Of a stretch of DNA of 64,000 bases, positions 9,965 through 19,124 are shown piece by piece; within the stretch, counting starts at the first letter, position 1, and every line of letters begins with the position of its first letter. This DNA is from Acidobacteriota bacterium (GTDB taxonomy: Bacteria; Acidobacteriota; UBA890; WLXD01): contig CAXWPH010000006.1 of NCBI GenBank assembly GCA_963666055.2, positions 352,001-416,000 of the forward strand. Direction: 5' to 3'. Position numbers and translations under genes: made by a program. The notes below the pieces were generated by a model that searched no databases, had not been told where the DNA came from, and was given only the letters and a program-made list of their open reading frames with translations.

Positions 9965-10233
9965 ATGACCGTCACGGCCTCTCTCAACGTTCCCAACGGG
10001 ATATCTGTCGCCCGGCTGTTGATCGCCCCGTTCCTGTGGGTCTCGGGGTTGCTGGCGCTACCGCCGCGCTGTTCGTCTTCATCGTTCATGCGCTGTTGGC
10101 CTCGCCGAGCCCGGGGTTACTGTGGCTTACCGCCGGGTTGCTCGTCCCGAGCTTCGCGGAGATCGTGCGCCTGGTGACGCCGGATCCGTCGTTCGACTCC
10201 GACCAGCCGACGATCTTGACGCGTCGGTCCTGA
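9965..10233 (+). pseudogene. CDP-alcohol phosphatidyltransferase (PgsA-like) remnant with internal deletion
   Basis: LNVPNGISVARLLIAPFLW resembles the PgsA N-terminus and is joined out of frame to a hydrophobic C-terminal segment. The DxxDGxxAR motif is absent. Confidence 0.55.
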
Positions 10234-10264
10234 AGCTCCAGGCGCCTGGAGTAACGCTGCGAGA

Positions 10265-11833
10265 CTAGCCAGAGTGCGGCAACGGCCTGCCGAACACAGT
10301 GAACTCGAGCACCCCAGGTCGAAGATCTGCTGGCCAGCCGGTGATCGTCAGCCTGACGTAGCGGCACTCCACCGGGGTGATCTCGTCGAACTCGACGGCG
10401 TTGTCGCGGTCGTTGACGGTCTTGTCGACAACGATGGTGTACGTGTCGCCGTCCAGCGACACCTCGATCTTGTAGTGGCGGATCCTGGAGCCGTCGCCGC
10501 GGTTGTTGGGGCTGGACTCATCCTCCACATCGCCTTCGGGGAGCGCGAACAGGATCCGCGCGGAGTCGACGACGTAGTCCTGTGACCAGCCTGCCGCGAG
10601 ATCAAGCTCCATCCAGGGTTCGGTGTCGTCCTTGGCAGGCGCCCACCAGGTTCTGGCGTTGTTATCGAAAGCGTAGGGGGCGTTGCGGCCCGGGGCCTCG
10701 CTGCTGACCACGTAGTTCTTGTCCTGCGACAAGGGCAGCGAACCGCTGTCGTTGCCCTCCCAGGGCCTGTCCCTGACTCCCGGCGCCCACTGTGGAGTCT
10801 CGGATGGGCCGTTGATGAACATGTTGCCCTGCTCGTCGAAGCCGACGGGATCCATGCCGATACGGCGCTCGAACATACGGTTCCAGTTCCGATACAGCAG
10901 CGTGTAGATCGCCCACAGGCTCCCGTCGGGGCCCTCGACGACGCTGTGGTGACCGGAGCCGTTGATCAGCCCGCCGTGATGAACGAGGATCGGGCTGCCC
11001 TCGTAGTAGCTGTACGGACCGAGTGGCTTATCGCTCGTGTATACGCCCACGCCGTAGGTAATCCAGTCGGTTCCCGGGGCGGCGTACTGCAGGTAGTAGG
11101 TGCCGTTGTGCTTGGTCATCCACGGCCCTTCGATCCAGCTCTCGGCGCTCATCTCGTTGCGGCTACCGTAGCGCTCCCACACATGCGCGGGCTCGAAGCG
11201 GAAGAAGTGCTCGTAGGGGCCCGCGAACCTGCGCAGGTCGGTTCGATCGAGCTCGACGCCGTAAACGCCGTCGGTGCCACCGCCGGCGTAGTAGAGGTAG
11301 ACGCGGTCGTCGTCGTCGACGAATACCGCTGGGTCGAATACGCCCCCGTCCTCGCAGCCGTTACAGAGGTCACGTTCTAGCCGGCGCCCGTCGTGGTCGA
11401 CGAAGTCGCCGAAGAACTCGAAGGGGCCCAATGGGTCGCGGCTGCGAAACAGACCGGAGTCGTTTCCGGTCAGGTACACGTAGCCGTCATAGACAAAGGC
11501 GGTGGGCGCCGAGATACCGCGGCCTTCCGGGATGGATACGCGGCGGTGCTGCCAGCGCACCAGGTCGTCGGATGACCAGACGGCAGCCCCGGAGCGCCCA
11601 CCGGGCGAGACCCCGCCGGTCAGGTACAGGTAGTACTTTCCGCCGAGCTCGATGACCGTCGGATCGGCCAGCCGCCCGGCATTCTCCATCACCAGCGGGT
11701 TGACGTAGCGCAGCCGCTGTTGCGACTGGGCTCTGACGCCACTGTCCGCGTCGCCCGCAATCACCCGGGCAGAAGTCGGTGCGACCGCCCAGAGCGCTGC
11801 CACGATAGCCAGCACTGCTGCTCGACGGTGCAT
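10265..11833 (-). CDS. Secreted GH43 glycoside hydrolase with C-terminal F5/8 type C (discoidin) domain
   Basis: LADPTV, VFDPAVFVDDD, WIEGPWM, GSGHHSVV. C-terminal YAFDNNARTWW...CRYVRLTIT. Confidence 0.9.
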   Translation of the reverse strand: MHRRAAVLAIVAALWAVAPTSARVIAGDADSGVRAQSQQRLRYVNPLVMENAGRLADPTVIELGGKYYLYLTGGVSPGGRSGAAVWSSDDLVRWQHRRVSIPEGRGISAPTAFVYDGYVYLTGNDSGLFRSRDPLGPFEFFGDFVDHDGRRLERDLCNGCEDGGVFDPAVFVDDDDRVYLYYAGGGTDGVYGVELDRTDLRRFAGPYEHFFRFEPAHVWERYGSRNEMSAESWIEGPWMTKHNGTYYLQYAAPGTDWITYGVGVYTSDKPLGPYSYYEGSPILVHHGGLINGSGHHSVVEGPDGSLWAIYTLLYRNWNRMFERRIGMDPVGFDEQGNMFINGPSETPQWAPGVRDRPWEGNDSGSLPLSQDKNYVVSSEAPGRNAPYAFDNNARTWWAPAKDDTEPWMELDLAAGWSQDYVVDSARILFALPEGDVEDESSPNNRGDGSRIRHYKIEVSLDGDTYTIVVDKTVNDRDNAVEFDEITPVECRYVRLTITGWPADLRPGVLEFTVFGRPLPHSG

Positions 11834-11911
11834 GAGGCCTCTCCCGACTCCAGCGTGGCGAAGCCGTAAGCGCACCACATCCCAGGTCGGATGTGAGGAT
11901 GGAAGCTCAGC

Positions 11912-11944
11912 CTAGCAGGCCGTGGTGCGGGCGTGGCGGGCTAG
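11912..11944 (+). repeat. One-ended degenerate MITE terminus
   Basis: CTAGCAGGCCGTGGTGCGGGCGTGGCGGG-CTAG resembles the MITE TIR. The right CTAG contains the stop codon of the adjacent minus-strand gene. Confidence 0.7.
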
Positions 11945-13404
11945 CGCTGCCGCCCGCGCGGCATGCGCTCGAGCATCGAATCGAGCTCCTCGGCATCGAT
12001 GACACCGTCGCCGTTGGTGTCGGCGCGGTCGAAGAAGCGCTCGCGCATCGGCTCAGGCACCTCGTCGCGGACAATCAGGCCATCCGCGTTGGTATCCCAG
12101 CTCCGAATCCGCTCGCGCATCATGTTGCGGCCAGGTCTGCCCTGCCCGCCGCCTGGCATTCCACCAGGTCCACCCGGTATGCCGCGGCCCCCGCCGAACC
12201 GGCCTCCAGCGCCGCGGCCGAAGGCACGGCCGCCATCGGGATCTGCCACCAGCGAGATCTCGTAGCTTTGCGTCACCGGGATGCACCAGGTGTTGTCGTT
12301 GTCGCAAGCGTAGTAGGTAACGGTGAGCTCGAGAGGCTCTTCGCCCTCACTCGGTGGGTGATCGGCATTGATCTCGACGAGAAACTCGCGTGGGTCGGCG
12401 TCGGCCTCTTGCTCGACCTCGGGGAAGGTCGCCGTCGCTGGATTGAGCTCCACGCCCTCGGGCGACGCGATCGAGTACTCGGGCTGCGGCGCCAGGTTGT
12501 TCCAGTGCACCCGGTAGATCGGATCGAGAACAAAGCCGAGGTAGAGCTGTCCCTTGCCCTCCTCCAGAACGCCCGGGCCGGCCTCGACGCGGAGCTTGGC
12601 GTAGGCCGGAAGATCGTTGACCGAATCGGTCAACTCGATCTCCAGCGGCTGCATGCGCCCCGGGAGCTGGAGCCGCGGCACGACGCCGGTCGCCACCGTG
12701 GGCTCGTAGTAGTCGGGGGCGGGCATGTCGAGGTCGGCAACGGAGGTCGGATCGTCCACCGGTCCGACGAGTCTCTCCAGGTCAGCGCTCAGCGCCGAGG
12801 GATCGCTCCACGCCCGTCGCGCCACGACCTTGCCCTCAGGGTCGATCACCAACTCGGCGTTGGGCACGTCCCCCAGGGCTCGCTTGAGCTCGTTGTCCAT
12901 GTTGTCGGCAATCCAGGTGACCTCGGTGCCGAGTGCTCGCTTGGCTTCGGCGATGTGCATCAGACGCTCCGCCAGCGTTAGCGGCTGCACGTAGCCGTTC
13001 AGCCCGGGGTGGGCGAGCGTTTTGTAGACGTAGAAGAACTCGACGCCTTCAGGACCGTAGTCCCGTAGTAGGGTCTCCACCCGGGAGACCTTGCTCAGGA
13101 AGGGCGGTCACGTGAGGCAGCCGAGGATCACCACCGAGTGGTGACCCTGCAGCAGCTTCTCCAAGGAGACCGGATTGCCGGCATCGTCGTAGACGGTGAT
13201 GTCGGGCATCGACTCGCCGATGCCTGGCGCCACCGCGTCGAACTTCCGGTTCATCATGTCGCGGCCGGAAAAGCCCTGGCCACGGTCGATTCCCTGGAGC
13301 CGCTCGCGGACGCCGCCCTGTGCGATCGCCGGCGGGGCGATGCTCAGAACGATCACCGCAACGAGCAGGCTCGAGAGAGTTTGCCTTGCCAGTCGGATCT
13401 CCAT
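11941..13404 (-). CDS. Predicted selenoprotein (487 aa, Sec99): signal peptide + deiodinase-like thioredoxin fold + DsbD-N-like domain + EF-hand pair
   Basis: ORFs 13108-13404 and 11941-13080 are in frame. Read-through of TGA 13108-13110 gives VILGCLT-U-PPFLSKV...FFYVYKTLAHP, matching deiodinase GSCTUPPF and FLxVYIxEAHP. Hairpin downstream of the TGA. Confidence 0.88.
13072..13090 (-). promoter_or_regulatory. Candidate bacterial SECIS element
   Basis: mRNA GGUCUCC-CGGGU-GGAGACC: perfect 7-bp stem with a G-rich loop, beginning at +18 after the UGA. Confidence 0.75.
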
Positions 13405-13481
13405 GTCTCACTCATAACGCAATCGAGCCAACCAGGTATAGTCCAGGGCCGTAAAGTTTTGTAAACGTTCGCCCTGCCGAG

Positions 13482-15113
13482 GTGGAATTGAGCGCAACAG
13501 AACAGAGAAACACCCGCGTCGCGACATGGACCGACCTCGAGGACGGCAAGCCGGCGTACGCGCTGGTGGCGGGCGTCGATCTCGTCGTCTTGCGAGCCGG
13601 CACCGACGTATCGGTCTTCTACGGCCGCTGCCTGCATCGCGGCGTGCTGCTTGCCGATGGCCGTGTGGATGGCGATCGACTGGTGTGCGGCGTGCACGGC
13701 TGGAGCTACGATCTCCAGACCGGCGTGACACCACGCGGCAAGGTGCTGCCGCGTTTTGCGGCATGGCTCGACGAGGAAGCGGACGCGGTAATGGTCGACG
13801 CGGCCGAGGTCGAAGCGTGGCGTAGCGGGCACCCGCAACCGTACAAACGCGACGAGTACCTGGGCCTCTACGCCGATCCGACGGGCACTTCGCTCGAGCC
13901 CTACAACCGGCACATTCAGAACCTCGCCGAGCACGGTCTCGAGAAGGTCGGTCACCACGGTCCGGTCTCAGCGATGGGCGTGGCGCTCACCGAGCTGCCA
14001 CGATGGGACGACCTGCAGATCGTCACCGCTCAGCTCGCCCGCAAGCCGCTGCTCGACGAAGCCGAGGTCGGCACCGAGCTGGTCGTCGGGCCGAACGCGG
14101 CCAAGCCCCTGCGACTCGAGATCCCGTTGTTCGTGAGCGACATGAGCTTCGGTGCCATCAGCGCCGAGGCCAAGGTTGCCCTGGCGACCGGTGCCGAGAT
14201 GGCCGGCACCGGAATCTGCTCCGGTGAGGGCGGCATGTTGCCCGAGGAGCAGGAGGCCAACTCGCGCTACTTCTACGAGCTCGCCTCGGCCCGCTTCGGC
14301 TGGGATCTCGACAAGGCCGCACGGTGCCAGGCATTTCACTTCAAGGGCGGGCAAGGTGCCAAGACAGGAACCGGCGGCCATCTGCCCGGACACAAGGTAT
14401 CGGAGCAGATCGCCGAGGTCCGCGGCCTCGAGCCGGGGCAGGCAGCCATCAGTCCGGCAACCTTCCCCGACCTGACCACCCCGGAGGATTTCCGCCAGGT
14501 GGCCGACGAGGTGCGCGAAGCGAGCGGCGGCATCCCCATCGGCTTCAAGATCTCGGCGCAGCATATCGAGGACGACATCGACTTCGCTCTCGAGGTCGGC
14601 ACCGACTACATCATCCTCGACGGCCGCGGCGGCGGCACGGGCGCCGCTCCCGAGCTCTTCAAGAAGAACATCTCGGTGCCGACGATCCCGGCGCTGGCGC
14701 AGGCCCGCCAACACCTCGGGAAGTCGCGCGATGTGACGCTGATCATCACTGGGGGGCTCCGAACCGAGGCTGACTTCGTGAAGGCCCTCGCCCTCGGGGC
14801 CGACGGCGTCGCGCTCGCCAACTCGGCGATTCAAGCGATCGGCTGTCTCGGAATGCGCGCTTGCCACACCAACAACTGTCCGGTCGGGATCGCGACGCAG
14901 CAGGGACACCTGCGGGCCCGCCTGGTGATCGAGGAGTCGGCACGCCGGTTGAACACCTACCTCGCCGCGACGGTGGAGCTGATGCAGGTGATGGCCCGCG
15001 CCTGCGGGCACGCGCATCTGAACCAGCTCGATGCCGACGACCTCACGACGTGGAGCCGCGATATGGCGTCCCTCGCCGGAGTTCGCTACGCCGGAGTAGG
15101 CAACACGCGGTAA
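13482..15113 (+). CDS. Rieske [2Fe-2S] domain fused to FMN-binding glutamate-synthase-like domain
   Basis: CLHRG...CGVHGWSY (Rieske). SDMSFGA, SGEGG, GQGAKTGTGGHLPG, DGRGGGTGAAP, CLGMRACHTNNCP (3Fe-4S). Confidence 0.9.
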   Translation: MELSATEQRNTRVATWTDLEDGKPAYALVAGVDLVVLRAGTDVSVFYGRCLHRGVLLADGRVDGDRLVCGVHGWSYDLQTGVTPRGKVLPRFAAWLDEEADAVMVDAAEVEAWRSGHPQPYKRDEYLGLYADPTGTSLEPYNRHIQNLAEHGLEKVGHHGPVSAMGVALTELPRWDDLQIVTAQLARKPLLDEAEVGTELVVGPNAAKPLRLEIPLFVSDMSFGAISAEAKVALATGAEMAGTGICSGEGGMLPEEQEANSRYFYELASARFGWDLDKAARCQAFHFKGGQGAKTGTGGHLPGHKVSEQIAEVRGLEPGQAAISPATFPDLTTPEDFRQVADEVREASGGIPIGFKISAQHIEDDIDFALEVGTDYIILDGRGGGTGAAPELFKKNISVPTIPALAQARQHLGKSRDVTLIITGGLRTEADFVKALALGADGVALANSAIQAIGCLGMRACHTNNCPVGIATQQGHLRARLVIEESARRLNTYLAATVELMQVMARACGHAHLNQLDADDLTTWSRDMASLAGVRYAGVGNTR

Positions 15114-15117
15114 TTCC

Positions 15118-15672
15118 ATAGCAGGCCGTGGTGGAAGTGTGGCGGGCCTGGTTACGGCGAGTTGGGGCCAGATGCAAGGCAGCCTGACGCAGGCAATGCC
15201 CTAGCAGGCCGTGGCGAAAGTGTGGTGGGTCTGGTTACGGCGAGTTGGGGCCAGATGCAAGGCGGCCTGACACAGGCGATGCCCTAGCCATCGTCGAGGA
15301 AGGCCAACGCTTGCAGATGGCCCCAAATCGCCATAACCCTTCGGGCGACAGGGGGTTGCGCGCGCATGCTGCGTCGTTCCTCGTCAACGATGGGGCAACC
15401 ATCGCCTCCTCCTTTCTCCTTGCCTCCACTTCGCAAGTCCCTGTCGCCAGACCCACCACACTTTCACCAGGGCCTGCTAACCATCGTCCAGGAGGGCCAA
15501 CGCCGCAGATGGCCCCAAATCGTCGTAACCCTCCGGGCGATAGGGGGTTGCGCGTGTATGCTACGTCGTTCGTCGTCAACGATGGGGTAACCATCGCCTC
15601 CTCCTTTCTCCTTGCCTCCGCCTCGCAAGACCCTGTCGCCAGGCCCGCCACACTTCCACCACGGCCTGCTAG
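15118..15672 (-). mobile_element. Nested MITEs: a 280-bp copy (15201-15480) inserted into the internal CTAG of another 279-bp copy
   Basis: The outer copy is interrupted at GCC-CTAG and resumes at CCATCGTC. Removing the inner copy restores a 279-bp element colinear with the reverse complement of 34690-34968. Confidence 0.9.
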
Positions 15673-16679
15673 GCTTTCTGTTCGAAGCCGAGCTCCGGGT
15701 TGAGGCGTCCGCCGCCGCTCATCTCCTTGCCGTCGAGGTAGATGGTGGGCGTCGAGAGCATGATGTCCATGTGGAAGTCGCAAGGCCCGACGGTGCCGCC
15801 GAAGGTCGGGTTCTGATAGCCGAAACCGAAGTCGACGGCCGCCAGCTTGCGCTCGTCCTCGATCATGTGGCCGGAGATGCCGGCCTCGGGGTTGAGGCCG
15901 ATGCTGAAGTGGCAGAGCTCGTAGATCGCCGGCTGGCCGCAGCTCTCCAACCATTGGCGCATCGTGTCGGCCTCTTTGCCACCGTCCACCGATGTCACGA
16001 CACCGCTCTCGAGGGTGAAGCTGTACGGCTCGTCGACGATGCCCTGCACGCTGTCGCTGGCATCGATGACGACAGTGCCGTTGATCGTATCTTCGAGCGC
16101 CGCGATGCTGACCTGGGCACCGGGGAAGAAATCGATCTCGCCGTCTTCGGTCAGGGCGCCGTCGCCGACCTTGCATTTGCGATCGCCGAGGCGGAACTCC
16201 ACGTCGGTTCCCTCGGGCGAGGTGACGTGGCAATGGTCGGCAACGTGCCAGAGATCGACGACACGATCGACGTTACGCAACATGGCGTCGACGTCGACGT
16301 TCAGGAGCCCGCGCATGACGTAGTCCTCGACGCCGGCGATGGCGCAGAACAGCGCCCGGGTACCGTTCGCCCGCGCTTCCAGCATCGGCTTGGAGGCGTC
16401 GATGCCATCGTCGCAGATCGACAGGATGAGCCGGCTGGCGCGAATCGCGTCAGCGAGGATCGGTCCCGGCTTGGTGGCAACGTCCTGGGTTGCCGACACC
16501 GGCTTGACGATGAGCTGAGCATCAGCGCCGGCGCGAATGCCGGCGTCGAGCAGCACTTTCGCCAGCACCTGATCGGCACTGGCGTCGGCTAGAACGAGCA
16601 GCGCGTCGCCGGGCTCCGGCCGGACGAGGCTCTTGATAACGATGTCGCCGAACTCTTCCGAATGCAGGGTGGGGGCCAT
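15669..16679 (-). CDS. M29/leucyl-aminopeptidase-like metalloenzyme (NicX-like fold)
   Basis: HVTSPEGTDV, INGTVVIDAS, LCHFSIGLNPEA, EDER, HMDIMLSTPTIYLDG. The TAG stop lies in the MITE-flanking CTAG. Confidence 0.75.
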   Translation of the reverse strand: MAPTLHSEEFGDIVIKSLVRPEPGDALLVLADASADQVLAKVLLDAGIRAGADAQLIVKPVSATQDVATKPGPILADAIRASRLILSICDDGIDASKPMLEARANGTRALFCAIAGVEDYVMRGLLNVDVDAMLRNVDRVVDLWHVADHCHVTSPEGTDVEFRLGDRKCKVGDGALTEDGEIDFFPGAQVSIAALEDTINGTVVIDASDSVQGIVDEPYSFTLESGVVTSVDGGKEADTMRQWLESCGQPAIYELCHFSIGLNPEAGISGHMIEDERKLAAVDFGFGYQNPTFGGTVGPCDFHMDIMLSTPTIYLDGKEMSGGGRLNPELGFEQKA

Positions 16680-16721
16680 CTCGCTCCCTCGTGTCGGTGG
16701 CAGGTGAAACAGGCGGATCGA

Positions 16722-17468
16722 TCAGATTGGTTGGGCTTGCAAGATCTTGGGCTTGCTGAACGCACGCTTGCTCTGCGACAGGCGCAGGCGTGCGAGGCTT
16801 TCGGCCATCATGGCGGAAGCCTGGATCGGCTCGATTACCGGCACGTCGAGCCCTTCGCGCAGCCGCTCGATGACATCCAGCCCACCATAGCCGATTACCG
16901 AATCGGCGCCGTCTTCGGTCACCGCCAGACGGCCTTGCTCGAGCATCTCTGCCGGAAGGGCCGCCCCTCCGGCGGCGAAGTCCAATGATCCGGCGAGCAC
17001 ACTGCGGACCGACGCCAACTTGTCCTGCAGGCCATAGCGGGCGGCAACTTCCTCGTAGCGGCGCGCCCGACTGCCAGTCTGGCGGCCGCTGCTCGATCCC
17101 GGCATCAGGAACGAGAATCTGCGCCCCACCATCGAAGCGTAATGCATCGCCGCCTGCGCCTCGCCAATTACCGGGATATCGAGCGCCTCCTTGGCGGCAA
17201 CTACGCCGGGCTCCCCGAGGCAGCCCATTGCGACGGCGTCGTAGCCCGCCCGCTCGGCGTCGATCGCCGCTTGAACGTGCTGCAGAGCGACCAGCTCCGA
17301 GGTGTACGAGTCGCTGATCGCCTCGACCGGTGCCTCGGGCAGATCGGCCAGCGTGATCTCGACGTCGGGGCTGGCCAGCGGTGCCAGCAGCTCGCGATGG
17401 ATGTCGCCCCACGATTGCAGCCCGTCGCGCACCGGAATGATGGCGTAAATGCGGATCCGGCTATTCAT
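16722..17468 (-). CDS. Asp/Glu/hydantoin racemase family protein
   Basis: AERAGYDAVAMGCLGEPGVVAAKEALDIPVIG, DGADSVIG, VPVIEP. ATG overlaps the upstream TGA. Confidence 0.85.
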   Translation of the reverse strand: MNSRIRIYAIIPVRDGLQSWGDIHRELLAPLASPDVEITLADLPEAPVEAISDSYTSELVALQHVQAAIDAERAGYDAVAMGCLGEPGVVAAKEALDIPVIGEAQAAMHYASMVGRRFSFLMPGSSSGRQTGSRARRYEEVAARYGLQDKLASVRSVLAGSLDFAAGGAALPAEMLEQGRLAVTEDGADSVIGYGGLDVIERLREGLDVPVIEPIQASAMMAESLARLRLSQSKRAFSKPKILQAQPI

Positions 17469-19042
17469 CAGCCTCCCTCCAGCCACATGGGATAGACGTT
17501 CTGCGTCAGCGGGTGTCCCTTCGTCGGGTTGTAGCCGCGCACGTAGTCGCGCTGAGCCGACAAGGCCACCATCGTCACCACCGGGGTGAACGGCATGTCG
17601 TCGCGTAGGATCTCCATCGCCTCCCGGTACATGTCGCACCGCAGCGCCGAGTCCATCTCGCTGACGGCGTCGTCGAGCAGCCGGTCTACCCGCGCGCTTG
17701 AGTAGAAGGCGAAGTTTCGACCGCCGTTACCGGCCTGGCTCGAGTGCGCCAACCGAAACAGGTACTGGTGTGGATCGGGCGAAGGTACGTAGATCCAAAT
17801 CGTGCCCACATCGGTGGCGGTCTCGAGCGACGCGTAGTTGGCAACCTTGGCATCGAACTCGATGTCGAGCGCCTTCAGCGTAATGCCGAGATCGGCCGCG
17901 CCCGCCTGCAGCAGCAGGAAGAAGTCAGTCTCTCCGGTGGTACCTTCGAAAGCCATGCTGAGCTCGAAACCGCCATCGGGATAGCCGGCGGCACTCATCA
18001 ACCGTCGCGCCTCGTCGAGGTCGGTTCGCTCCGGCGGCGTCGCGGGGTCGAAGCAACCGGCGCCATCGGGAAGCGGTCCCCGGGCGATCACCGCGTTGCC
18101 ATGCCTGAGGTGCGCAACGTGGCCGCGGTAGTCGTAAACGAGCGCCAGCGCCCGGCGTACCCGCGGGTCGCGCAGCTCCTCGGTCTGCGTGTTGAAGGCG
18201 AAATAGAGCTGGTTGAGCGTCGGTTCCCGATTGAGCACGACGCCGTCGACGCCCCGCAGCGCCTCGAAGCTGTCAGCGCTCGAAAGGTAGATCCAATCGG
18301 CATCGCCGCTCTCGAGCGCCATGCGCCGTGTGCCCTCTGCCTGGATCATGCGGAAAACGGCGCTGTCGATGTGCTTGCCTGCCCATCCCTTGAAGTAGTC
18401 GGGAAAGCGCTCGATCGTGTAGCTCTGCTGAGCCTCGAACGACACCAATCGGTACGGTCCGCTGCCCGCCTCGTGGTCCTGAAGCCACCTCTGTCCCCAG
18501 TCGCCGTCCTGCTCATGAGCACGCACGAGATTCGCGTTGAGAATGTAGAGGTGGCTGAGCGCCGGCAGGAGCCCCGGGTACGGTGCCGACAGCAGGATCG
18601 CAACGGTGCGCTCGTCGATGATCTCCGCGCCAGCTATGAGCGACATGTAGGCGTACACACCGATCCCCAGCGCCACCATCCGCTCGATCGTGTAGGCAAC
18701 GTCGGCGGCGCCGACCGTAGAACCGTCGTGGAAGCGCACCCCCTCGCGGAGACGGAACGTGTGCCGAAGCCCGTCCGGCGACAGCGTGGCGCTCTCGGCC
18801 AGCTCCATCTCCAGCTCCATGGTCCCCGGCCGGTACTGAATGAGCGAGTTATAGAGGTTGAGCGCCGGGTTGTTGATGCGGCTGTCCTCGGCCCCGATCG
18901 GATCGAGACCCGGCGGAGCCCCCTCGATCAGGGCCACGAAGCGGGAGCGGGATGGGGTCCGCTCGCCGACGCACGCCAACGATGCCGCGAGTAGTACGGT
19001 CGCCAGAACGAAACGGGAGTCGACTCGAGCGCGGCCGCGCAT
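17468..19042 (-). CDS. ABC transporter substrate-binding lipoprotein, family 5 (Opp/Dpp-like)
   Basis: Lipobox SLAC. LAES...TFRLREGVRFHDGS, GSGPYRL, DPRVRRAL. Start approximate. Confidence 0.9.
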   Translation of the reverse strand: MRGRARVDSRFVLATVLLAASLACVGERTPSRSRFVALIEGAPPGLDPIGAEDSRINNPALNLYNSLIQYRPGTMELEMELAESATLSPDGLRHTFRLREGVRFHDGSTVGAADVAYTIERMVALGIGVYAYMSLIAGAEIIDERTVAILLSAPYPGLLPALSHLYILNANLVRAHEQDGDWGQRWLQDHEAGSGPYRLVSFEAQQSYTIERFPDYFKGWAGKHIDSAVFRMIQAEGTRRMALESGDADWIYLSSADSFEALRGVDGVVLNREPTLNQLYFAFNTQTEELRDPRVRRALALVYDYRGHVAHLRHGNAVIARGPLPDGAGCFDPATPPERTDLDEARRLMSAAGYPDGGFELSMAFEGTTGETDFFLLLQAGAADLGITLKALDIEFDAKVANYASLETATDVGTIWIYVPSPDPHQYLFRLAHSSQAGNGGRNFAFYSSARVDRLLDDAVSEMDSALRCDMYREAMEILRDDMPFTPVVTMVALSAQRDYVRGYNPTKGHPLTQNVYPMWLEGG

Positions 19043-19124
19043 GATCGGCAAGGCCATCCTGCGCGACGAATGGCTATCGAGGCTCGGCGAAGCGGCAAAT
19101 CCGTGTCCGGCGCCCAACATGCTC

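Noticed and set aside
15118-15672. Repeats as a CRISPR array
   Set aside because: They are long inverted-repeat elements with no unique spacers of regular length and no cas genes.
15245-15703. ORFs within MITE copies (also 5099-5484 and 34605-34968)
   Set aside because: They are translations of the non-coding repeat with no transposase motifs.
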